Shown one piece after another: positions 43,342 to 51,616 of a DNA stretch of 56,517 nucleotides. The stretch covers positions 1-56,517 of the forward strand of contig CAIMKX010000009.1 in the NCBI GenBank assembly GCA_903842025.1, written 5' to 3'. The notes under the pieces are model-generated. The model saw only the letters and a list, made by a program, of their open reading frames with translations. It was not told where the DNA came from and did no database searches. This DNA comes from an uncultured bacterium. Lineage in GTDB: Bacteria > Patescibacteriota > Minisyncoccia > Phycocordibacterales > PALSA-1337. A program made the position numbers and the translations under genes. Each line of letters begins with the position of its first letter. The stretch's first letter is position 1.

Positions 43342-44466
43342 CTACTTCATCTGCAGAGTATTGGGAATACCATCCTTAATCCTGACAAGAGCCTTACGAT
43401 ATTGACCATAATCTAGTATATGCTCATGATGTAACCTACCAATAAGCAAGCCGGGATGAATATTTAGTTCTAGACTAACAGATTTTATCGTCATCGCATC
43501 AACATTCGCGCGACGGAGATCTTTCACAACATCATCAAACCCAAAAGCGTTTGATGCAAAATCATTAGCCTCATTTTCTTCTTTCTCTGTTCCTGTATCA
43601 TTGATATCATCAGAGAAAACCCTATTAGGATGTTTAAGTACGTGACCAATCTCGTGCAGAAGCGTGAAATAAAAATTGTCTATTCGATCATACCGCAAAG
43701 ACATGATGATTACTGGCTCATTTGGTGTAATCCAGGTGACCGCGCCATCTACGCGCGTCTTAAAAAAGTGGGGCAAAAATATAACTCGAACACCAATATG
43801 ACCCAACTTAGTAATAATTTCCTTAATGCCATCATTATTTTGTGAATACTGTTTAATTTCAAAAGCGAATTTCTCTAGCGCGGTTGAATCATATTTCCCA
43901 ACCCCTTTTATTTTTTCAGCCTCTTTTTTTCCTAGTAACACCCACGCTTTTAGATAATTCGAAACTATATCTCCAGTCTTTGAAGTTCGGAAATTTGCTG
44001 TACAAACATCTTTTCTGAATTGATCCAAATTAGACATGTTGAACAACTCCAAGACTGCTTTACAGAGCTCACTGGTATTCTTCATTCTTGGCGGTAAATA
44101 TTTGCGTCGAATCAATTCCGGCACAGGAAAAAGCGAGTATAGTTCAGACCGCTTACTTACCTCACTCTCTTTAAATTTTGATTTATCCTTAAGAAGATAT
44201 AGGTCATATTCGGATTGCATGCCGAGCCAGAGATCCGCAGATGTTCCTAGCGCAGCCGCAATAACCCGGGCCGATTCGGGAGTAATCGCTCTCTTCCCAT
44301 TTATAATCTCATTAACCGTTCTGGCAGGCCGGCCTATGATTTCTGAAAATTCTGACTGAGTCAAACCACGAGCCTCAAGCTCGTCCTGCAAAATTTCTCC
44401 GGGATGAGCAACCAAGAAAGGAGTCTTATTCTTTTTTTCTTCTGAATTAATCATGATTTTATTCAT
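43342..44466 (-). CDS. higA: HigA-type XRE antitoxin fused to ImmA/IrrE (COG2856) zinc metallopeptidase domain
   Basis: N-terminal HPGEILQDELEARGLTQSEFSEIIGRPARTVNEIINGKRAITPESA (HigA HTH). C-terminal LLHEIGHVLKH (HExxH). Confidence 0.85.
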   Translation of the reverse strand: MNKIMINSEEKKNKTPFLVAHPGEILQDELEARGLTQSEFSEIIGRPARTVNEIINGKRAITPESARVIAAALGTSADLWLGMQSEYDLYLLKDKSKFKESEVSKRSELYSLFPVPELIRRKYLPPRMKNTSELCKAVLELFNMSNLDQFRKDVCTANFRTSKTGDIVSNYLKAWVLLGKKEAEKIKGVGKYDSTALEKFAFEIKQYSQNNDGIKEIITKLGHIGVRVIFLPHFFKTRVDGAVTWITPNEPVIIMSLRYDRIDNFYFTLLHEIGHVLKHPNRVFSDDINDTGTEKEENEANDFASNAFGFDDVVKDLRRANVDAMTIKSVSLELNIHPGLLIGRLHHEHILDYGQYRKALVRIKDGIPNTLQMK

Positions 44467-44752
44467 AATGATTGGAAATTTCCTCGATCACTATGGTTCT
44501 CTTACTTAATTCCTCGATTGAAAAGATGAGCCTGTATTGCTTGTTGAGCCTCAGCGAAAACTTATTCTCATGCCCCTTTAGTTTCTCAAAATGATTCCCC
44601 TTAATTTCACGTATATCACCCTCATGCTTCGCATTTTTAATGATTTGAATCTTCTTGAAAAACGCTCGGGCCACAAAATCGGGGTATTTACTAATCCCTT
44701 TTCCCTCGTAATACAAGCCCTCCAATTCTGAGCTTTGGAACCGAAAATTCAT
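44459..44752 (-). CDS. higB: HigB-family (RelE/ParE-fold) toxin
   Basis: 97 aa with ..KLKGHENKFSLRLNKQYRLIF motifs of the plasmid-maintenance killer (HigB) family. Overlaps higA by 8 nt. Confidence 0.8.
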   Translation of the reverse strand: MNFRFQSSELEGLYYEGKGISKYPDFVARAFFKKIQIIKNAKHEGDIREIKGNHFEKLKGHENKFSLRLNKQYRLIFSIEELSKRTIVIEEISNHYE

Positions 44753-44889
44753 ATTTTAATATCGACCTATTATTGAGCTTTTTGCTCATGATTAACATTA
44801 TAGCCTCCTAACACTCTAAATGCAAACAGATATTTACAATGTGTGTATAACTCCAATTTCTGAACATTACATCAGTTGTAACTATTCAT

Positions 44890-44919
44890 TTGACAATATT
44901 GCTCATCAGGATTTATAAT
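44890..44919 (+). promoter_or_regulatory. sigma70-like promoter upstream of the HNH gene
   Basis: TTGACA-18 nt-TATAAT, 60 nt upstream of ATG 44980. Confidence 0.55.
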
Positions 44920-44979
44920 CGAACACATGTGGCTTCAGGTCGGGAAGTTCCACCCCTTTACTAATTAATAATAACTCAA

Positions 44980-45258
44980 ATGGCGTTTACAACCTATTTG
45001 ATTGAGCTCGTTTGGCTGAAGGCTTTCGTTGTCCCAGGCAGAGATTCAGGATTCTTGAGAAAGGACATATGTGGTGCATGGATCCGTCGAGACCAACATG
45101 GAAACCGAGATAGCGAGTACGGATGGGAAATTGATCACATCCGGGCAGTCGCAAACGGCGGGAGCGACTCGATCCTCAATCTCAGACCATTGCATTGGCA
45201 AAACAATGCTAGGAAATCTGACGGCAACCTAGTTTGCCCAGTTACCGCAGCTAGATAA
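44980..45258 (+). CDS. stand-alone HNH endonuclease
   Basis: Contains EIDHIRAVANGG...NLRPLHWQNNARK (H-N-H). Length 92 aa. Confidence 0.8.
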   Translation: MAFTTYLIELVWLKAFVVPGRDSGFLRKDICGAWIRRDQHGNRDSEYGWEIDHIRAVANGGSDSILNLRPLHWQNNARKSDGNLVCPVTAAR

Positions 45259-45296
45259 AAGAAAACTGACACCTGGTCAGTTCCCTTCCTGTTCAG

Positions 45297-45326
45297 AATC
45301 GCTCGTCACACGATGAGCGATTTTGT
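45297..45326 (+). terminator. intrinsic terminator after the HNH gene
   Basis: aatcgctcgtc-aca-gatgagcgatt followed by tttgt. Confidence 0.55.
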
Positions 45327-45663
45327 ATTAACATTTTATCATTGATATCCGGTATTCAGAAACCAGCTTTGTTTGCATGAAATCTCCTTTAAAAGAGACG
45401 ACAAATATTGAGGACTGGATTCATGAAAGTATGAACTGGTCTACTTAGTGAACCACTTTATCCACATACGCACTATTTTCATTCTTATCGGGCCCGCTGC
45501 TATACTAGCTAGCGAGTAAGAGTAATTTAATAACGAACTGGCGACACATTCGCAATTAAGTCTGGTCGGAAACACCGAAGGACTTGCAACGTAAACTTGT
45601 CTTCATAAGAAATTATGAATACGGGCTTGCGTCGCAAGTCCTTTTTTTGTTTTTTCGCCACTT

Positions 45664-45927
45664 ATGAAAATTAATATGAAAAATACAATTGAATTAACCG
45701 ACTTCTATCGCACCTCCGACCTCGCTTGCGCGGCGGCCGTTTCCCTATTCGTACCACTCGATAGCATCGATAAGACCGACAGACGCCGGGCATTTTTCAT
45801 ATTCGAACGTAATAGCGAACTGGATGGATTGCTCGAGGCATTCTGGAAAGGCACGTTGCAGGTCGAGCCGCGTGCTTACTTCGATCAGATCAAAGCTCTG
45901 AAGACACGCTTGTACGAAATCGACTAG
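45664..45927 (+). CDS. small hypothetical protein (DUF5659-like, phage/mobile-element associated)
   Basis: 87 aa with DLACAAAVSLFVPL....FIFE pattern. The family call comes from memory and is tentative. Confidence 0.45.
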   Translation: MKINMKNTIELTDFYRTSDLACAAAVSLFVPLDSIDKTDRRRAFFIFERNSELDGLLEAFWKGTLQVEPRAYFDQIKALKTRLYEID

Positions 45928-46028
45928 CATGGCCGCTCAATCCTGCAAAACACAGACGGTCCCGGTACTAACGCCGAAGAACGAGCAGATCTTCATTGAC
46001 CGCTTGATAGAGATTTTGCTCATGCAGG

Positions 46029-46520
46029 TTGAGCCTAATGAAAATGAACATGGAACAAAAACCAAAAGGATTCTTCATCGTGCATAAAGAGGATGTCCTG
46101 GTAAGATTGGCCCCTCTCAATGACGCCCAGTTCCGTCTTCATTTTGTGAGTGTCGCCCAAGCCGACTTCAAAGACGGTCCCGACCGCAAAACTGGCACCA
46201 TCAATGCCACTTTTTCGCAGATGTTGGCTGGCCCTCTTCAAACATGGTCCAAGAGCAAGCTTAGCCGTGTCAGAAAAGCGCTTATCGATAAAATCGGCTC
46301 CTTGGTACGAATCGGCAAACAAAAGGTTATGATCGCTCACTATCCCCTGTATCGAGCCAAGGTGAAAGATGCCGGACTCATATTCTCACTGATAAAACCT
46401 AAAGTCCTGCTCACAGAACAGGATGTTCTACAGGCGAAACAACAGCGAACTATGGAAGTGAATCAGGGTCTGGCAAATCTGGCCAAGAAGTTCACTATTC
46501 CGCCAAGCAGTGTTCCATAG
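46029..46520 (+). CDS. hypothetical protein (mobile-element context)
   Basis: 163-aa ORF upstream of the recombinase remnant. Confidence 0.4.
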   Translation: MSLMKMNMEQKPKGFFIVHKEDVLVRLAPLNDAQFRLHFVSVAQADFKDGPDRKTGTINATFSQMLAGPLQTWSKSKLSRVRKALIDKIGSLVRIGKQKVMIAHYPLYRAKVKDAGLIFSLIKPKVLLTEQDVLQAKQQRTMEVNQGLANLAKKFTIPPSSVP

Positions 46521-46617
46521 GCGGAACCTATTCGTGGCTAAGAAAAAGAAGAAAAGAAACGCAAAACCTTGATAAGGTGTGGACAATCACAAAAGCGCAA
46601 AATCGCATTCTCATAAA

Positions 46618-48216
46618 ATGGCTACGGATAAGGGTTTTGCCAAAATAGATGGCCATCGATGATAGCGGCGAGTACAAACTCGCGCCGGATGGCGTCTACA
46701 ACGATCCCGGCAAGAGCGCGACGAACATGAAGCGTCCCGGCTTGCAGGATATGCTTCTCCGCATTCAGGAAGACAAAACGATACGAGCTGTCTTCGTTCA
46801 GGACACCGACCGCTTGGCACGCAATACGACTGACCACCTGTGACTATCAAGGCTTTGCTCGCCAAGCACGAGGTGAAGCTCATCTCGGTATCGCAGCCTG
46901 GCCTCGAAGATATGCCCGAAGGCAACCTCATGGATACCATCATCGCCGGCTTCAATCAATTCCAGTCACAGCTGACTGCACGCAAGTCGACCAAGAGCAT
47001 GGCGCAGAAATTCAGCGAGGGTGGTTGGCCGACACATGCGCCCATCGGCTACCTCAATGTCGGCGAGAAGGATAACGAGAAAAAGCGAACAGTAATCGTC
47101 GACCCCATTCGAGGACCGCTCATCCAGGAAGCCTTCAAGCTCTATGCCACCGGCGACTACTCGGCCGTGGCCGTGCTCGACATCATCCATGAGAAAGGCT
47201 TTCGTGCCCGTAACGGCAAGCGCATCATGCTCGGCAAATTCGCGGACATGTTCAAAAATCATTTTTACTACGGCGAGATGCGCTGGCGCGGACTGATCGG
47301 TCCTGGGAAGCATCCATCACTCATAGACAAGGAGCTCTATGACCGTTGCCAAAGGATTAGCGAGGAACACAACCATCGAGCTTGCCGCCGGCATAAGCAC
47401 AACTTCATTCTCCGAGGATTTATCCGCTGTGCCATCTGTGGTTGCCGATACACGGCAGAGCATAACGTTCCGAAAAAGATTTCCTATTATCACTGCAATC
47501 GCTACAAGAATAATATTCCCGGAAACGTGAAATGCATGGACCAGTACGTCGAGATGAGCAATCTGGAAAATCAGGTCCAGGAGCAATTCAACCGCCTCCA
47601 ATTTACCGATGACTTCATCGCCAAGATCGAAGCTCGGCTCAAGATTGTCTATGAGGAAAAGAAAAGCTCGGTGACCGACGAGAAAAGCCGTATTATGCAG
47701 GCCAAGCTTTCCGTCGAGAGCAAGCTCGAACGCGCAGAACATAAATTAATCGACGGTGTCATAGATGACCAGTCATTCGAACGCCTCAAGAAAACGTATC
47801 GCGAACAGATAGAGGACTTCGAAAATCAGATCGCCAAGCTGGACCGCTCCAAGAACATCAAGGTAGACGTCATTCAACAGGTCCTCGCACTTACTCGGGA
47901 CATCGGGACCTCATATAGCAATGCCAAGCCGGAGTTGAAGCAACTCTACCTCGGACTTTCCTGGCATCATTTCTTGGCCAAGGAGAAAAAAATCGTCGAA
48001 GCGGTGAAATCGCCAATCGTCGTGGCTTTGGAAGAAGTCGGGGCGATCACTGATGCCGCCGGAGACGCCACGAAAACCGCCATTCCTAGCCCTATGTCAG
48101 GCATGGACTCGTCGGTTATAAATAATACCGTGAGGGGTCGCGTGGTAGACGTATTCAGAACCAGTATCTATGCTTCTCCTAGCCAAATCTTTACGGAATA
48201 CGCCACAACTAGGTAA
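46618..48216 (+). pseudogene. large serine recombinase, N-terminally decayed and frameshifted
   Basis: Resolvase-domain fragments occur in three frames (MATDKGFAKIDG / DDSGEY..YNDPGKSATNMKRPGLQDML..DRLARN / TIKALLAKHEVKLISVSQP). No catalytic-Ser region is found. These are followed by an intact recombinase domain, zinc ribbon (CAICGCRY..YYHC) and coiled-coil. Confidence 0.75.
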
Positions 48217-48365
48217 CTTTGCATGCTCGTTGTACTAATTTATGACTTACCCCACCAGCTACCACACTACTATAAAATTTCACAGGAGATGTATCCTATT
48301 CAAATCAATCCTAACCTTATCAACAGTTGAATCGCAACATCTCATGTTAAAATAGTCTTGTACTT

Positions 48366-48800
48366 ATGAGTGAAAACTCCCTCGTCAATCTAATGCTCTC
48401 ACACCAAGTCACTTTTCCTTGGCGTTCTATGTCGAATTTTCAACATAGAACAGAAGTAAAAGTCACATCGAACAGAGTTGACGTTGTTTACTTTGAACAA
48501 CTAAATGCTTCTGGTATTGGTTTCATCGCAGCAGTCGAAGCTAAACTGCATGACTGGCGAAAGGCTATCCGACAAGCTCACAGAAATAAACTATTCGCAG
48601 ATAGAGTTTATGTTGCGATGCCAACCCAATATGCTTCAGCAGCCATTGAGAATATCTCTGTGTTTAGACAGGCGTCGATTGGATTAATTTTGGTAGATAA
48701 TGAACGTTCTCGGATTTATTACCACCCTCCAATGAATACGCAAAGGTCGTCAAAACACGTGATTAAAGTCAAACAAACCTTAGCTTCTCAGAATAATTAG
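48366..48800 (+). CDS. PD-(D/E)xK nuclease-fold-like hypothetical protein
   Basis: RVDVVYF...GFIAAVEAKLHDW gives a D-x19-E-A-K arrangement. Length 144 aa. Its end overlaps the convergent kinase gene by 4 nt. Confidence 0.45.
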   Translation: MSENSLVNLMLSHQVTFPWRSMSNFQHRTEVKVTSNRVDVVYFEQLNASGIGFIAAVEAKLHDWRKAIRQAHRNKLFADRVYVAMPTQYASAAIENISVFRQASIGLILVDNERSRIYYHPPMNTQRSSKHVIKVKQTLASQNN

Positions 48801-50662
48801 GAAAGGAACTTTAACCAAGTTCGAAGTAGTGGTGTTTCAATTGAGTATAGTTTTTCAAAACGCCTAGTTTCTCGTATCGCCATCATGACTCTGTGGTAGA
48901 GAGACTCCTTCCCCCCATTCTTTACAGAGGCAAGCTCGGCTGGTATAGATACAATGAAATGCTTTCTGCGATGAGAACGCTCCCATTTAGATAGCTTATT
49001 TCTCTTCATGAGCGTACTTGCACAGTGCGGGCAGTTGCACTGAGTACGTATTCTGCCAAGCATATTCGTTCGCAAGCCAATTATGTGGTCAGCCTTAATT
49101 ATCGACAAAAATATGCCTAAATACATTCCGTCTGGTTTCTGTGCAAATTTCGGTTTTACCCTCTTGCTCATTAATATTGGCAATTTAGGGTATGTTGTAG
49201 AAATCAAACCACTTACACCAGCCGTACTTAATGGTATAACCGACAAATCACCATCAAATAATACAAATCTGTTATTAACTACCCACGGTTCAATGAACTC
49301 TGCAATGGCCTTAAGTTGATCAGCGCTCAAAGTGGTTTTATTATTAGTTACGCATATTCGAAGAACTATTCCGTCAAGACCTTTTGCAGCATAAGCATTC
49401 TTGATTTCTGTAAGTTGTGGAGACAAGAGCAGCGACTCACATATAGCTATTACTCCTATAAGTGGCAATTCGTTAGCCATCTTTTTCTTCCAATCTCTTG
49501 CAATATCAATTGCTGCGATATTCTTACTAAGGTTATCTGTGGTTAGAGGAGCTTCAAACTCCGAGGCTGGTACACATAAACCTATTGTCCCTATGCTATG
49601 TTGATTAAAAAAAATATTATCGAGGTTTTGCTGTTCTGACCAAGGAACTTCCCAGAGCATATTCTGGGCATTTGTTTTTGCTGGCAAAGTTGGCATGACA
49701 TCAGTTATCCAGTATATTCCAGTGTTTCTACCTCCTTCATAGATGGTTTCAAGAACATTTGTGTGTTCGTTACCTCTACCTGGCTTGGTCTTTAAAAAAT
49801 ATCTAGGCATTTCAATTATCCTTGTATCATTACCAACCAAAAGAATTTTAGTTGCCCGAGAAGGAAGTGGTCGTCGTGCAGGTTCTTTGGATAACATCAC
49901 GTCAATTAAATTTGAAATAACTTCGTCAAAATTAGCCCTGAAGTGCCTGACGGGAGGCGGTAATTGCTGAAGAATATCTGTGGAGTTTTTAAAAAACTCA
50001 GAAATTTCTCTGCCTGTTACAGCACTATATAATACTGCACCCACTCCATACATATCAGTCAAAACAGTGAGCTGACTTAACCTCAATTCAGACGGGTCAA
50101 ATAGGTAAGTTAATACTTCAGGAGCAATAAATTTTCTGGCGGGATAAACCCTCTCGGTCTTCATCTTCTTCAAAAATTTTGCTGCTCCAAAATCAACCAA
50201 ATGATAATTCCCTTGAACATCAAAAATTATGTTGGCTGGTTTAATATCAAAATGAACGATACCCGCCTCCTCAAGTGTACTGACGCATTCAATAAGTGTG
50301 ACGGCCAATTTCTTGACCTCTTCTAAAGATAATTGCCCAACCTTCTTTATACGCTCTTCCAAATTAACACCATCAATAAAAGGCATTATAATAACATAAT
50401 GACCTTTGACCTGATCGATCCTAATTGGTTTCGGAATGAATGGTGAATCAATTTTTAGGAGGACATCGGCTTCCTGGTATGGTAGTTCTTGAGAATCATG
50501 AACTTCTTTTACTTTACAAAATAACTGTTGACCATCTGATGTTGTTACCTTAAACTTCTCTCCATCTTGCCCTTGTTGTATTGGATCGATAGAGACAATA
50601 GAACCACCTAACATTTCCTTCATGATTTTAATACCTTTAGTATCTGATGTATTTCTAGTCAT
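48797..50662 (-). CDS. Hanks-type Ser/Thr protein kinase fused to a TGT/DpdA-like CxCxxC TIM-barrel-like domain
   Basis: Kinase motifs: FCKVK (beta3 Lys), HFDIKPANI, VDFGAAK, IAPEV and DMYGVGAVLY. The C-terminal ~340 aa has an alternating beta/alpha pattern ending in CNCPHC-x17/21-H. Confidence 0.8.
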   Translation of the reverse strand: MTRNTSDTKGIKIMKEMLGGSIVSIDPIQQGQDGEKFKVTTSDGQQLFCKVKEVHDSQELPYQEADVLLKIDSPFIPKPIRIDQVKGHYVIIMPFIDGVNLEERIKKVGQLSLEEVKKLAVTLIECVSTLEEAGIVHFDIKPANIIFDVQGNYHLVDFGAAKFLKKMKTERVYPARKFIAPEVLTYLFDPSELRLSQLTVLTDMYGVGAVLYSAVTGREISEFFKNSTDILQQLPPPVRHFRANFDEVISNLIDVMLSKEPARRPLPSRATKILLVGNDTRIIEMPRYFLKTKPGRGNEHTNVLETIYEGGRNTGIYWITDVMPTLPAKTNAQNMLWEVPWSEQQNLDNIFFNQHSIGTIGLCVPASEFEAPLTTDNLSKNIAAIDIARDWKKKMANELPLIGVIAICESLLLSPQLTEIKNAYAAKGLDGIVLRICVTNNKTTLSADQLKAIAEFIEPWVVNNRFVLFDGDLSVIPLSTAGVSGLISTTYPKLPILMSKRVKPKFAQKPDGMYLGIFLSIIKADHIIGLRTNMLGRIRTQCNCPHCASTLMKRNKLSKWERSHRRKHFIVSIPAELASVKNGGKESLYHRVMMAIRETRRFEKLYSIETPLLRTWLKFLS

Positions 50663-50824
50663 TATTAACTACGCTAACTCAAACACAAAGGCATGTCAAC
50701 TATTATAATAGGTGATTTATTATCTGTACCAGATTCATAAATAAAAATATAAAGTGGTGGTTCCTTATATTAACTGTTACAAAAGTTAATCATCCAAAAT
50801 TCCTATATACAACAATACCTAAAT

Positions 50825-51031
50825 ATGTATGATCCATTCACAACATACATGGACTACCGCCGAAAAATACTTTCAATCCGAATGGAATACCTAAAGGGTA
50901 TTATTGACTTGGATACTGCAAAGGCTCGAATACAACCACTCCTCGATGAGATGAATATACGGGGTTTGGTAATCGCAAAGCAACACAGCAGAAAATTCAC
51001 GAAGTTAACCTTTGGCTACGTGATGAGGTGA
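50825..51031 (+). CDS. small hypothetical protein
   Basis: 68-aa ORF in the gap between the kinase gene and the RM operon. Flanked by a related ~25-bp direct repeat (50708-50735 / 51070-51098). Confidence 0.3.
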   Translation: MYDPFTTYMDYRRKILSIRMEYLKGIIDLDTAKARIQPLLDEMNIRGLVIAKQHSRKFTKLTFGYVMR

Positions 51032-51116
51032 GATATTACAGCTCTTCGTTGGTTAAAATAAACTTACACAATAATAAGTGATATTCAATCTGTATACTTT
51101 GTCGTCCAAGTCGTCT

Positions 51117-51611
51117 TTAACTCCAAATCTCACTTGTCCTAGGTTCAAATTGCTTTAGAATTTTTAAATATTCAACCTGTATATTCGACTCTACCCATTT
51201 AGGATACAGTTGACCAATCTCACCATTCTTCATGGAAACATCATTACACGGCTCGAAGAAAAAACCATCTGGTGATGCGACAAATAACCATGATGGATTC
51301 CAGATTTTCAAAGTCTGATCAACAATCTCCTTTATCTTCTTACTATCACGGCGAGTGCAAAACTTGACTTCGACTAGATATACTTCGGTTTTATCTTGAG
51401 ATATGAGCACAAAATCAGGTGCATTCCTGATATTTGCAATGACGGCTTTTATTTCCACCAGATGTTGATATTGGGCAAGCTCGGGTAGCGTATATTCGTA
51501 ACCAGATCTAAGAATAGTAAATCGTCCTGATTCACGAAACATTTGTTCAAAAATAGTTTCCGCAATTCTCCCCTTTATAAGTTCGCGAGTAAATTCAATA
51601 TTAGTCATCAA
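51117..51611 (-). CDS. small PD-(D/E)xK (Hjc/endonuclease-like) protein
   Basis: KGRIAE...PDFVLIS...VYLVEVKF follows the E...D...ExK order of restriction-endonuclease-like folds. Lies 6 nt downstream of the MmeI-like gene. Confidence 0.55.
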   Translation of the reverse strand: MMTNIEFTRELIKGRIAETIFEQMFRESGRFTILRSGYEYTLPELAQYQHLVEIKAVIANIRNAPDFVLISQDKTEVYLVEVKFCTRRDSKKIKEIVDQTLKIWNPSWLFVASPDGFFFEPCNDVSMKNGEIGQLYPKWVESNIQVEYLKILKQFEPRTSEIWS

Positions 51612-51616
51612 TTTTA

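Noticed and set aside
45458-45466. Perfect DnaA box TTATCCACA (with another, reverse-complemented, at 56452-56460 and a near match at 17617-17625)
   Set aside because: Isolated 9-mers are expected by chance at about this frequency in 2 x 56 kb. There is no cluster, no adjacent AT-rich unwinding element and no dnaA/dnaN context.
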